Origin: an uncultured Actinomycetota bacterium
GTDB taxonomy: Bacteria > Actinomycetota > Actinomycetes > Actinomycetales > Dermatophilaceae
Length of the DNA: 32,000 nucleotides
Assembly (NCBI GenBank): GCA_963730365.1
Contig: CAVSRM010000011.1
Location: 179,110 to 211,109, forward strand
Direction of reading: 5' to 3'
The stretch's first letter is position 1. The number at the start of each line of letters is the position of its first letter. Below the pieces are notes generated by a model. It searched no databases, had not been told where the DNA came from, and was given only the letters and a program-made list of their open reading frames with translations. A program made the position numbers and the translations under genes. Positions 9,526-17,582 of this stretch are shown piece after piece.

Positions 9526-11007
9526 GTGAGCACGTTGGCCGAGATGCTGCGCAAGACCACCGACCTCAAGCCTGCCGAGTCGGAGTGGCTCCACCTGCTC
9601 ATCGGCGACTGGCAGCTCATCGCCGACCTGTCCTTCGCCGACCTCGTGCTGTGGGTGCGTGGGGGCCCGGACGGCTGGCGCGCCGTGGGGCACGTGCGTC
9701 CCAACACCGGGCCGATGGTCTTCTACGACGACATCGTGGGCAGAACGTCGAGCCGCGCCCGTGCGGCGATCCTCGACGAGGCCGCCCGCAGCCAGTCGAT
9801 GGTCGCCAAGCCGGTGACCACCCTTCGCGAGGACATGTCGATCCGTGAGGATGCCGTGGCGGTCGTCCGTGACGGCCGCGCCATCGCCGTCATCACCCGG
9901 CACACCAACCTCACGGGTGGCCGCACACCGAGCCGTCTGGAGCTGACCTACCGGGACCTGGCCGATGCCCTGATGCGGATGGTGGCGGCCGAGGACTTCC
10001 CCTCGGTCTCCGCCCCGACGGGCATGCGCCGCGGAGCCCCGCGGGTCGGCGACGGGGTCATGCACCTCGATGCCGAGGGTGTGGTGCGCTATGCGAGCCC
10101 CAATGCGGTGTCCGCGGTGCACCGGATGGGCCACCTCGGTGACGTGGTGGGGGAGGTCCTGGCCCAGATCGTCGCCGACGTCGCGGCTCGGGGCGGACAC
10201 TCCATCGACGAGTCGCTCGCGGTCGTGGCGATGGGCCGCGCCGCCTGGCGCTCCGAGGTCGAGACCGAGACGGCGGTGGTGACGTTGCGCGCCATCCCGC
10301 TGCTCGTCGACCGCACCCGCACCGGCGCGATGCTGCTGCTCCGGGATGTGTCCGAGCTTCGGCGGCGCGAGCAGGAGCTGCTCACCAAGGACGCGACGAT
10401 CCGAGAGATCCACCACCGGGTGAAGAACAACCTCCAGACGGTGGCTGCGCTGCTCCGCCTCCAGGCACGCCGGGTGCCCGATGAGGGCGCCCGGGCCGCT
10501 CTCGACGAGGCCGTGCGCCGGGTGGGGACCATCGCCCTGGTCCACGACACGTTGAGCCACGGCTTCGACGAGATGGTGGACTTCGACGAGATCGCGCTCC
10601 GCGGCCTGCGCGCGGTCGTCGAGGTCGCCACCCAGGAGAACCGGGTGGAGTCGAATCTCAAGGGAAACTTCGGGCGGGTGCGGGCGGAGGACGCCACGGC
10701 GCTCGCCATGGTCATCTCCGAACTCGTCCAGAACGCCGTGGAGCACGGTCTCGCACACCGCGACGGGACGATCGAGGTCGCCGTGCGACGCGACCCGGGC
10801 GAGGACGGAGAGGAGCTGCTGACCGTGACGGTCACCGACGACGGAGTGGGGCTACCCGCGGGCTTCCGGCCCGGCCTTGCGGGTCTGGGCACCCGGATCG
10901 TCACGTCCTTCGTGCAGGACCTGCGGGGGCGGATCCGCTGGGACAAGCAGTCGCCCAGCGGGACGAAGGTGGAGTTCGTGGCGAAGCTTCGTTCGGTCCA
11001 CCGCTGA
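9526..11007 (+). CDS. pdtaS: Sensor histidine kinase PdtaS (GAF/PAS sensor plus HisKA_2 plus HATPase), 493 aa
   Basis: N-terminus STLAEMLRKTTDLKPAESEWLHLLIGDWQLIADLSFADLVLWV. H-box EIHHRVKNNLQTVAALLRLQ. ATPase motifs ELVQNAVEHG and DDGVGLP. It is adjacent and convergent to whiB1, as Rv3220c is to Rv3219. Confidence 0.9.
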   Translation: MSTLAEMLRKTTDLKPAESEWLHLLIGDWQLIADLSFADLVLWVRGGPDGWRAVGHVRPNTGPMVFYDDIVGRTSSRARAAILDEAARSQSMVAKPVTTLREDMSIREDAVAVVRDGRAIAVITRHTNLTGGRTPSRLELTYRDLADALMRMVAAEDFPSVSAPTGMRRGAPRVGDGVMHLDAEGVVRYASPNAVSAVHRMGHLGDVVGEVLAQIVADVAARGGHSIDESLAVVAMGRAAWRSEVETETAVVTLRAIPLLVDRTRTGAMLLLRDVSELRRREQELLTKDATIREIHHRVKNNLQTVAALLRLQARRVPDEGARAALDEAVRRVGTIALVHDTLSHGFDEMVDFDEIALRGLRAVVEVATQENRVESNLKGNFGRVRAEDATALAMVISELVQNAVEHGLAHRDGTIEVAVRRDPGEDGEELLTVTVTDDGVGLPAGFRPGLAGLGTRIVTSFVQDLRGRIRWDKQSPSGTKVEFVAKLRSVHR

Positions 11008-11026
11008 GCGTGCGGACCGGTCGTGG

Positions 11027-11275
11027 TCAGCCCGCGCGGCGGGCCCGTGCGTTGCGCCGCTTGAGCGCGCGGCGCTCGTCCTCGGACATCCCGCCCCACA
11101 CACCGGCATCCTGACCCGACTCGATCGCCCACTTCAGGCAGGTGTCGGTGACCTCGCACCGACGGCACACAGCCTTGGCCTCCTCGATCTGAGCGATCGC
11201 CGGGCCGGTGTTCCCGATGGGGAAGAACAGCTCGGGGTCCTCGTCGAGGCAGGCAGCGCGGTCGCGCCAGTCCAT
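11027..11275 (-). CDS. whiB1: WhiB-family [4Fe-4S] transcription factor, WhiB1-like, 82 aa
   Basis: MDWRDRAACLDEDPELFFP...CRRCEVTDTCLKWAIESGQDAGVWGGMSEDERRALKRRNARARRAG. It has four Cys, the GVWGG turn and a basic tail, and is nearly colinear with M. tuberculosis WhiB1. AAGGAG lies 8 nt upstream of the ATG. Confidence 0.93.
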   Translation of the reverse strand: MDWRDRAACLDEDPELFFPIGNTGPAIAQIEEAKAVCRRCEVTDTCLKWAIESGQDAGVWGGMSEDERRALKRRNARARRAG

Positions 11276-11364
11276 GGATGAAGCTCCTTGTCAGGGGGTA
11301 GCGGGTGGTCGAGCACCTGCAGGGTGGCGTGCAGGAGAGCAGCGGTGCATCCTTGCAGCCACAT

Positions 11365-11391
11365 ACGGACGTGTTACGCACAGACGTCCGT
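11365..11391. promoter_or_regulatory. Perfect 8-bp inverted repeat ACGGACGT-N11-ACGTCCGT in the whiB1 / membrane-protein divergent intergenic region
   Basis: Read directly. It lies 90-116 nt upstream of the whiB1 ATG. It may be an operator or a 5'-UTR stem-loop. Confidence 0.3.
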
Positions 11392-11550
11392 GGCGTTACT
11401 CTACCGTGACCTACCCAATCGGGCTAGCCATAGCCGCGGGTGAGTCGCGCCACGGTGCCGTGGATCCGTCATTGGGCACAACTTCGACATTCCGTCAACG
11501 GAGGGGGCCGACTCCATGTTCCCGCCGTGCTCGGGCCGGGCGGCAGACCG

Positions 11551-11562
11551 GTGACCTAGGCT
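11551..11562 (+). promoter_or_regulatory. Second copy of GTGACCTAGGCT; TAGGCT lies 7 nt upstream of the GTG start at 11570 (leaderless-type arrangement)
   Basis: TAGGCT is at 11557-11562, then 7 nt, then GTG at 11570. The 12-mer and spacing are identical to the copy at 9507-9518. Confidence 0.45.
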
Positions 11563-11569
11563 TCCGGGC

Positions 11570-11965
11570 GTGCCTGTCCCGTCCTCACGCGGCGCCCGCC
11601 GCATCGCCGCCGCCCTCACGGCGGTGCAGTCCCTCGCGCTCGCCGGCTTCGCAGCGTTCTACCTCTATGAGCTGGTCATCGGCGAGGGCAGTGACACCGG
11701 TCGCGTCGTCATGTCGGCCCTGTTGATCCTGGGCGCGGCCATCGCCCTCGCCGTGCTCGCCCGGGGCTGGCTCGGTGCCGGAGAGTGGCCGCGCACCCCG
11801 ACGGTCGTGTGGAACCTGCTCCTGCTCCCTGTCGGTTGGACCCTGGTCCAGTCCGGACTGCTCGCCGTGGGCTGGGCCGTGCTGGTCGTTGCCGTCGTGG
11901 CGACCCTCGTCGCCTTCTCCTCCCGACCCGACCACCCCCCGACCGAGGGCGACACCGCCGGCTGA
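11570..11965 (+). CDS. Small integral membrane protein (about 4 TM), 131 aa
   Basis: About 90% G/C at third positions in this frame (13 of 131 codons end in A/T). There are four clear hydrophobic helices (AAALTAVQSLALAGFAAFYLY, VVMSALLILGAAIALAVLA, VVWNLLLLPVGWTLV, LLAVGWAVLVVAVVATLVAF). The family is unknown. Confidence 0.65.
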   Translation: MPVPSSRGARRIAAALTAVQSLALAGFAAFYLYELVIGEGSDTGRVVMSALLILGAAIALAVLARGWLGAGEWPRTPTVVWNLLLLPVGWTLVQSGLLAVGWAVLVVAVVATLVAFSSRPDHPPTEGDTAG

Positions 11966-14900
11966 TGCCCCATCGGCGAGCACCTGCACCTCGGTGACGG
12001 ATCCGTGCGCGATGAACAGGCCTCGACCCGGAACTGCCGGGATGCCGTGGAGGCTTGCTGCCCCCAGGGCGTCCCCGTCGCCGGGCTGGGGGCGGAGCAG
12101 CAGGCCGGCGCGCTCGCGACACACCTCGACGTCCACCCCCCGGAACCGTGTGGCCACCGCGCGTGGGGTCGTGGCGACGACGACGAGGCCGTCGTCACGG
12201 TCGGCGAGCTCCGCGACCTCCCGCACCACCGACTCCCCGGCTGACCCGTCCAACAGGTCGGCATCGTCGACGAGGAGGACGAGGTCGGGGCAGCGCCGCC
12301 GCAGGTCGACCAGCGGACCGGGAGCCGAGTGCTCCGCCACCACGCACCCCGGCACGCCCTGCCACTCGGCGGGGCTGGACGACAGGACCGCCACGGTGCG
12401 GCTGCTGGCGAGCGCGGACCCAGCCAGAGCCTGGAGGGCCGTCGTGCGGCCCGAGCCACGAGGCCCCACCAGGGCCAGCCGCCGTCCGATGATGTCCGGG
12501 ACGATCGAGAATGGCTGGGGCTCGTCGCCGGCGACGCCCAGCAGCAGCCCACGTCGATCGGTGGGCCGCAGGCAAGGCAGGGCGAGCACGGCCGAGCGCC
12601 GCACGTGGGTGGGAAGTGGGCGAAGCCGCAGCGGGGGCCGGGCGGTCGGAGCAGTGGCCGATGCAGCGGCCACGGAGGCCACGTCGCCCGGACCAGGTCG
12701 CGCGAACTGCAGGTGCAGACGGTCGGCGACGCGCACGGCCCGGCCGGGTGGTGGGTCCGCGATCAGGTCGCGGGCGGGCACGCCGGCGAGGGCAGCGGTC
12801 AGCGCGTCGATCGCGCCGAGGAGGAACAGGTCGGCGCCCAGCCCGGCCCATCGCGGCTGCAGCAGCGAGCGCCCACCGGTGACCACGCCCCTCACCCCGA
12901 CGGAGGCTCCGTCGCGCAGCAGCCGGACCAGGTCGTCGGCCAACTGGTCGTGGTCTGCGTCGGGTTGCGACTCGACGAGCTGGTCCCACCCGTCGACCAC
13001 CATGAGGATGGCGGGCTGTGGCGGCTGGGTCTGGTGGTCCCGGGCGGCGCCCAGGCGGTGGTCCACCTCGGCGCGGAGTCGCCGCACGAGGTGGCGGATC
13101 GTCGTGTGGTCCCCGACCCTCAGTCGGGTGCCGAGGTGGTGCAGCCCGTCGAGGTCCCGCAGCGCTCCGCCGGTGCCGATGACGTGCAGGTGGAGATCCG
13201 TCGCCGGCTCGGCCGTTGCCGACGCCAGGGCCACCCCGAGCGCAGCGGTCGTCCTCCCCGACCCGGGCGGCCCGGAGAGCAGCCACGTGCCTTGCGGTGG
13301 TCCGAGCGCGGAGATGAGCTGGCGGTCGGGCTGGTCGAGCAGCGCCACCCCCTGCCTGCACCCACCAGGTTCCCGGACGTTCGAGAAGCCGACCACGGTG
13401 GGAAGCGGAGCGAGCCACGGGGCCCTCGGCGGGTGTCCGCCGCGACCCGAGTGGGCCGCCACGATGGCGTCGACGATCGAGCCAGCAGGGTCGAGCACGT
13501 CCGGTGCCGCGTGGACGTCCACGGCGTCGAGCGAGAAGGCGTGGTCGAGACTGCCTGGACCCACCGACCTGTGGGATCCGGTCGTCCGTCTGCTGCTCCG
13601 CCTCCGGTCGGTGGGGTCACTCGGGCGCACCTGCAGCCATGGCCCGGTCGCCGCGGCCGAGTGCGACAGGGCTGCGGCCTGGAAGGTCGCCACGTGGCCG
13701 TCGCCTCCTCGCGCCATGGCTCGGCCCGGGACGTCGGAGGGGAGCTCGGCGGCCCCGACGTCGTCGAGCACGTCCATCGAGTCGGCGCGGTCACGCATCC
13801 GGAACGCGATCCGGAGGTTGACGTTGGCCTGCACCTCCGCGGTCACCGCGCCGGCGGGTCGCTGCGTGGCCAGCACGAGGTGCACCCCCAGCGACCGGCC
13901 GAGCGCTGCGAGGCGGACGAGCCCCGACACGAAGTGGGGCAGCTCGTCGACCAGGGCCCGGAGCTCGTCGATGACGACGACCAGCCGGGGAACGGGCTCG
14001 CTGTCGGCCGCTCGACGGAGCTGGAACTCCGCGAGGTCCCGCGCACCCGCATCCGCGAAGAGCCTCTCGCGCCGCCGCAGCTCCGCGCCGAGCGACCTCA
14101 GCGCGCGGTCGACCAGCTGCTCGTCGAGGTCGGTGACGACCCCGACGACGTGAGGGAGCCTCGCGCAGGAGCCGAAGGCGGAGCCACCCTTGAAGTCGAC
14201 GAGGACGAAGGTGAGGTCCTCCGGCGGACAGCGCACGGACAGCGACGTGACGAGGGTGCGCAGGAACTCGGACTTGCCCGATCCCGTGGTGCCCCCGACC
14301 AGCACGTGGGGGCCGTCGCGGACGAGGTCGATGGCCAGGACTCCGCCGGGCGACAGGCCCACCGGGGCCACGGGCGGCCGGGGTGTGGCACGGTCCGACC
14401 GCTGCACCGGGCCCCACGATGCGGCCACCGTCTCGGCCGTGACCTCGGGCACCGCCAGCACCTCCGCCAGGCTCACGGACCTCGGGAGCGCCCTGGTGGA
14501 GCCCGGCTCGGCCGCGGGCCGAAGTGGTGCCAGGGCGCGTGCCAGGCGATCCACCCACCACGCGCCGACCAGGTCCGCGGAGAGGGACACCTCGCCGCCG
14601 TCGGACTCCAACCGCCACCGTCCCGGACGCTGGGTGAGGACGGCGCCACACCCTCCGGCCAAGGCCGCACCGGTGGTCGCGGCGACGATGACCAGCGCAC
14701 CGGCAACCGGTCGCCAAGCCCACGGTGCGCCCTCGAGGGAGCCGGGGTCCGGGGCAACGACCACAAAGGTCACCGGCGCCGCGGCGTGGTCCGTGCCGGC
14801 GGCGTCAACGGCATCCGAGGTGTCCCACCAGTGCGGGAGGAGCCGCACCCAGTTCCATGAGGGGTCCGACGTCGCGACGCCGATCCGAAGAAGGGACGGG

Positions 14901-16150
14901 GGCACGTCCACCGCGAGCTGTCCGATGAGCCAGCTGATGACGCGGTCGGTGGTGCCACGGTCGCCGACGACGCCCAGGCGCCGCGCCCTCAGGAGGTCAA
15001 CCGTGACCGGCACGAGGCGAGCCGTCGGACGGGTGCTGGTCGGCCCCTCGACCCAGGTGACCTCGGCCGGCAGGTCACCCAGCCCCAGCCGCAGTCGCTG
15101 CGGGCCCGGGTGCTGCCACAGGCCCGGGTGCCGGTGCTCAGCGGTCTGGAGGACGCGGTGGGGGTCGGGCCTGCTGTCCCGACGTCGCGCGCACTCGAGG
15201 GTGAGGTGGGCGTCGAGGCGAGTGCGGGCCTCAGCCGTCGCCACGCGGTGCGCCGCCCGGGCCTCGCGGTGCTCGCGTCCGGCGCCCAACCGGTCAGCCA
15301 GCGCACTGCCGAGCATGACGGTAGGCCCGAGCAGCGCGAACGCCAGCATCTGGGGACCGAGGAGGACGGCCAGCAGCCCGGCCACCGGGATCGGGACCAG
15401 GGCCCCCACCCACGGGACCCGGGTGCGTCTGCGGTCACCGGGATCGACCGGCGCGGTGACGACCGGGGAGGGGTCCACCGGCCGGGGCAGGTGGCTGGGC
15501 CGGACGGTCAGCCGACCGTCCCCGGTGTTGGTCACGGGCAACCCCGCGCCCGGGCGACGGCGAAGGGCAAGGGTCGAGGCGCCGACGACGATCGTGGACG
15601 AGGTGTCGACACTGGTCGGCCCCTCGGTGCGCCGGCCGTCGACCACGACACCGTTGGTCGATGCTCCGTCGTCCACGGTGACGCCGGACGGGGTCACCGC
15701 GAAGGTCAGGTGGACGCGGCTCATGGCGTCGTCCGCGACCCGCAGACCCACGCCGGGCGACCTCCCGACGGCCAGGCCCGGCGGCGCGAGCAGGGCGGAG
15801 CGGCCGGAGTCCGGACCGCCGACGACCGCGACGTCGAGAGCGCCGGCACGAGGCGACGGCGGGCCGCCCCCGGCATCCGGTGGGGATGGGACGCCGGGGC
15901 CACCGCCGCTGGTCGACTCCCGCCCCCCGAGCACGGCGACGGAGGCTCCGTGCACCAGTGGCGGAACCCCGACGCGTGCGTCGGCCGGAACCGGTTGGCC
16001 GCGCGACCACAACGACGGAACGGGTTCGGCGAGGTGCTCGGCGAGGGCGTCGCAGAGGTGCGTCGCCGACCGTGTGCCGCTCCACGACACGACGAGGTCC
16101 ACTGCTCGCGAACGGCGTCGCGGCAGGTGAACGGTCAGGACCATCTCCAC
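11585..16150 (-). CDS. FHA-domain FtsK/SpoIIIE-family ATPase, EssC/EccC-like, about 1521 aa
   Basis: Domain order: small N-terminal beta-grasp-like segment, FHA, 2 TM, one degenerate P-loop domain, three P-loop domains. N-terminus VDLVVSWSGTRSATHLCDALAE. FHA: LAVGRSPGVGLRVADDAMSRVHLTF...TNGVVVDGRR. TM pair: VPWVGALVPIPVAGLLAVLLGPQMLAFALLGPTVMLG. Degenerate P-loop LGVVGDRGTTDRV, then GGTTGSGKSEFL (Walker B LVVVIDELRAL, ATQRP), GPPGSGRTTAAL and GPRGSGRTTALQ. The start is either GTG 16150 (TACCGT -10-like, 6 nt upstream) or ATG 16144. The last about 127 aa are antisense to the gene at 11570-11965. Confidence 0.85.
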   Translation of the reverse strand: MEMVLTVHLPRRRSRAVDLVVSWSGTRSATHLCDALAEHLAEPVPSLWSRGQPVPADARVGVPPLVHGASVAVLGGRESTSGGGPGVPSPPDAGGGPPSPRAGALDVAVVGGPDSGRSALLAPPGLAVGRSPGVGLRVADDAMSRVHLTFAVTPSGVTVDDGASTNGVVVDGRRTEGPTSVDTSSTIVVGASTLALRRRPGAGLPVTNTGDGRLTVRPSHLPRPVDPSPVVTAPVDPGDRRRTRVPWVGALVPIPVAGLLAVLLGPQMLAFALLGPTVMLGSALADRLGAGREHREARAAHRVATAEARTRLDAHLTLECARRRDSRPDPHRVLQTAEHRHPGLWQHPGPQRLRLGLGDLPAEVTWVEGPTSTRPTARLVPVTVDLLRARRLGVVGDRGTTDRVISWLIGQLAVDVPPSLLRIGVATSDPSWNWVRLLPHWWDTSDAVDAAGTDHAAAPVTFVVVAPDPGSLEGAPWAWRPVAGALVIVAATTGAALAGGCGAVLTQRPGRWRLESDGGEVSLSADLVGAWWVDRLARALAPLRPAAEPGSTRALPRSVSLAEVLAVPEVTAETVAASWGPVQRSDRATPRPPVAPVGLSPGGVLAIDLVRDGPHVLVGGTTGSGKSEFLRTLVTSLSVRCPPEDLTFVLVDFKGGSAFGSCARLPHVVGVVTDLDEQLVDRALRSLGAELRRRERLFADAGARDLAEFQLRRAADSEPVPRLVVVIDELRALVDELPHFVSGLVRLAALGRSLGVHLVLATQRPAGAVTAEVQANVNLRIAFRMRDRADSMDVLDDVGAAELPSDVPGRAMARGGDGHVATFQAAALSHSAAATGPWLQVRPSDPTDRRRSSRRTTGSHRSVGPGSLDHAFSLDAVDVHAAPDVLDPAGSIVDAIVAAHSGRGGHPPRAPWLAPLPTVVGFSNVREPGGCRQGVALLDQPDRQLISALGPPQGTWLLSGPPGSGRTTAALGVALASATAEPATDLHLHVIGTGGALRDLDGLHHLGTRLRVGDHTTIRHLVRRLRAEVDHRLGAARDHQTQPPQPAILMVVDGWDQLVESQPDADHDQLADDLVRLLRDGASVGVRGVVTGGRSLLQPRWAGLGADLFLLGAIDALTAALAGVPARDLIADPPPGRAVRVADRLHLQFARPGPGDVASVAAASATAPTARPPLRLRPLPTHVRRSAVLALPCLRPTDRRGLLLGVAGDEPQPFSIVPDIIGRRLALVGPRGSGRTTALQALAGSALASSRTVAVLSSSPAEWQGVPGCVVAEHSAPGPLVDLRRRCPDLVLLVDDADLLDGSAGESVVREVAELADRDDGLVVVATTPRAVATRFRGVDVEVCRERAGLLLRPQPGDGDALGAASLHGIPAVPGRGLFIAHGSVTEVQVLADGASAGGVALGRGVVGSGGEGDEGRHDGNDQHGPAHGEQSGLDQGPTDREQEQVPHDRRGARPLSGTEPAPGEHGEGDGRAQDQQGRHDDATGVTALADDQLIEVERCEAGEREGLHRREGGGDAAGAA

Positions 16151-16156
16151 GTCGCC

Positions 16157-16162
16157 ACGGTA
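16157..16162 (-). promoter_or_regulatory. TACCGT (TANNNT) -10-like hexamer 6 nt upstream of GTG 16150; possible leaderless start of the FtsK-like gene
   Basis: The reverse complement reads ccaaTACCGTggcgacGTGgagATG. GGAG abuts the ATG with no spacer, so a Shine-Dalgarno-driven start at the ATG is unlikely. Confidence 0.3.
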
Positions 16163-16375
16163 TTGGCCACCGCCGACCTCGCGATGATGTTGTCCACAGC
16201 CCACGCACCCGGTCGTCGAACCACGCGGGTGCCGTTGTGTGGGGGTCCGTCCGGTGGACGCCGGACGTCAAGGCGCCCAGGTCGCGGCATGCCCAATGTC
16301 ACAGTCCCACATCGGTCCACCGGGTCTACCGTGGAGACAGAGGTGTATGTCAATCCCCACCGCCCGGGAGGCGTG

Positions 16376-17572
16376 ATGGTGGAGACCCGGTTGATCGACG
16401 TCGATGGTCTGCAGTCGCTCATCGACGGCCTCCTCACCATGGGGTACACGGTGATCGGACCGACGCTGAGGTCCGGAGCGATCGTCAACGCACCGATCCG
16501 CGGACTGGACGACCTGCCACGGGGGTGGGGGGACGAGCAGGCTCCCGGCAGCTATCGGCTTCGCCGCCGTGACGACGGTGCCCTGTTCGGCTTCGCTGCC
16601 CCTGCCCAGTCGGCCAAGCCCGTCTTCTTCCCCACCGAGCAGGTGTTGTGGCGGGGTCGGCGCACCCCGGACCGCCGCGGCCTGGAGGTCGACCCGGAGG
16701 TGGGGGCCGATGCCGACGCGGCGGGGGACGGCCCGCCCTACGCGCTCCTCGGCGTGCGGTCCTGCGACCTCAGCGCCGTGGGCATCCACGACACCGTCCT
16801 GTCGGGGCGCGGCTTCGGTGACGCGCACTACGCCCGCCGCCGGTCGGAGGCGTTCATCGTCGCGGTCGCGTGCTCCGAACCGGGTGGCAGCTGCTTCTGC
16901 GCCTCGATGGGAACGGGGCCGAGGCCCGAGTCGGGCCGCGGCGCCCCGTTCGACCTGTCGCTGACCGAGGTGCTCGACGGCGGGCACCGTTTCGTCGTCG
17001 AGGTCGGCACCGAGCGCGGAGCAGAGGTCCTCGACGCCGCGGGCGCCGGGCCCGCCGCCCGGCGGGACGTCGACGCGGCGGATGCAGTGACCGACCGGGC
17101 CGCCGGGCGGATGGGTCGTCGCCTCGACACCCGTGGGCTCAAGGAGCTGCTCTACGCGAGCGCCGACAGCCCGCAGTGGTCCGAGGTGGCGTCGCGGTGC
17201 CTGTCGTGCACGAACTGCACGATGGTGTGCCCCACCTGCTTCTGCACCACCGTCGAGGACGTCACCGACCTCTCGGGCGAGGAGGTGGAGCGGCACCGGG
17301 TCTGGGACTCGTGCTTCACCTCGGCGTTCTCCTACATCCACGGCGGCACCGTTCGCGAGTCGTCATCGTCGCGGTACCGGCAGTGGATGACGCACAAGCT
17401 GGCGGCCTGGCAGGACCAGTTCGGCTCCTCGGGCTGCGTGGGCTGCGGCCGCTGCATCACGTGGTGCCCGGCCGCGATCGACATCACCGCGGAGGCCGCC
17501 TCGCTGCGCGGGCTTCCCGGGTCGAACCTGCCCGAGGACACCCCGTCCCCGGTCGTTCCCGGAGGCGTGTGA
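16376..17572 (+). CDS. hyhB: [NiFe]-hydrogenase group 3b beta-type subunit (AsrA-like 4Fe-4S protein), 398 aa
   Basis: ATG at 16376 lies 5 nt after GGGAGG. Cys clusters: CSEPGGSCFCASMG, CLSCTNCTMVCPTCFC, GCVGCGRCITWCPAAI. It is the first gene of a translationally coupled hydrogenase operon. The 422 upstream codons of the 820-aa ORF are shadow of the FtsK-like gene. Confidence 0.85.
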   Translation: MVETRLIDVDGLQSLIDGLLTMGYTVIGPTLRSGAIVNAPIRGLDDLPRGWGDEQAPGSYRLRRRDDGALFGFAAPAQSAKPVFFPTEQVLWRGRRTPDRRGLEVDPEVGADADAAGDGPPYALLGVRSCDLSAVGIHDTVLSGRGFGDAHYARRRSEAFIVAVACSEPGGSCFCASMGTGPRPESGRGAPFDLSLTEVLDGGHRFVVEVGTERGAEVLDAAGAGPAARRDVDAADAVTDRAAGRMGRRLDTRGLKELLYASADSPQWSEVASRCLSCTNCTMVCPTCFCTTVEDVTDLSGEEVERHRVWDSCFTSAFSYIHGGTVRESSSSRYRQWMTHKLAAWQDQFGSSGCVGCGRCITWCPAAIDITAEAASLRGLPGSNLPEDTPSPVVPGGV

Positions 17573-17582
17573 AGGAGCAGTC

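Noticed and set aside
11370-11385. GTGcgtaaCAC / TGTTACGCACA near whiB1, as a CRP (TGTGA-N6-TCACA) site.
   Set aside because: The spacing between GTG and CAC is 5 nt instead of 8, and the flanking bases do not fit. It is better described simply as part of the loop of the 8-bp inverted repeat.
16295-16308. AGTCCC at 16303-16308 upstream of the hydrogenase operon, as a possible DosR box (consensus GGGACTTTAGTCCC); M. smegmatis Hyd3 is DosR-regulated.
   Set aside because: Only the right half-site matches. The left half (aatgtcac) shares no position with GGGACTTT, so a half-site alone is not evidence.
15110-16375. N-terminal 422 codons of the 820-aa ORF 15110-17572, which would make a giant HyhB.
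   Set aside because: This part is antisense shadow of the FtsK-like gene. A GGGAGG-N5-ATG start at 16376 gives the normal HyhB N-terminus MVETRLIDVDGLQ.
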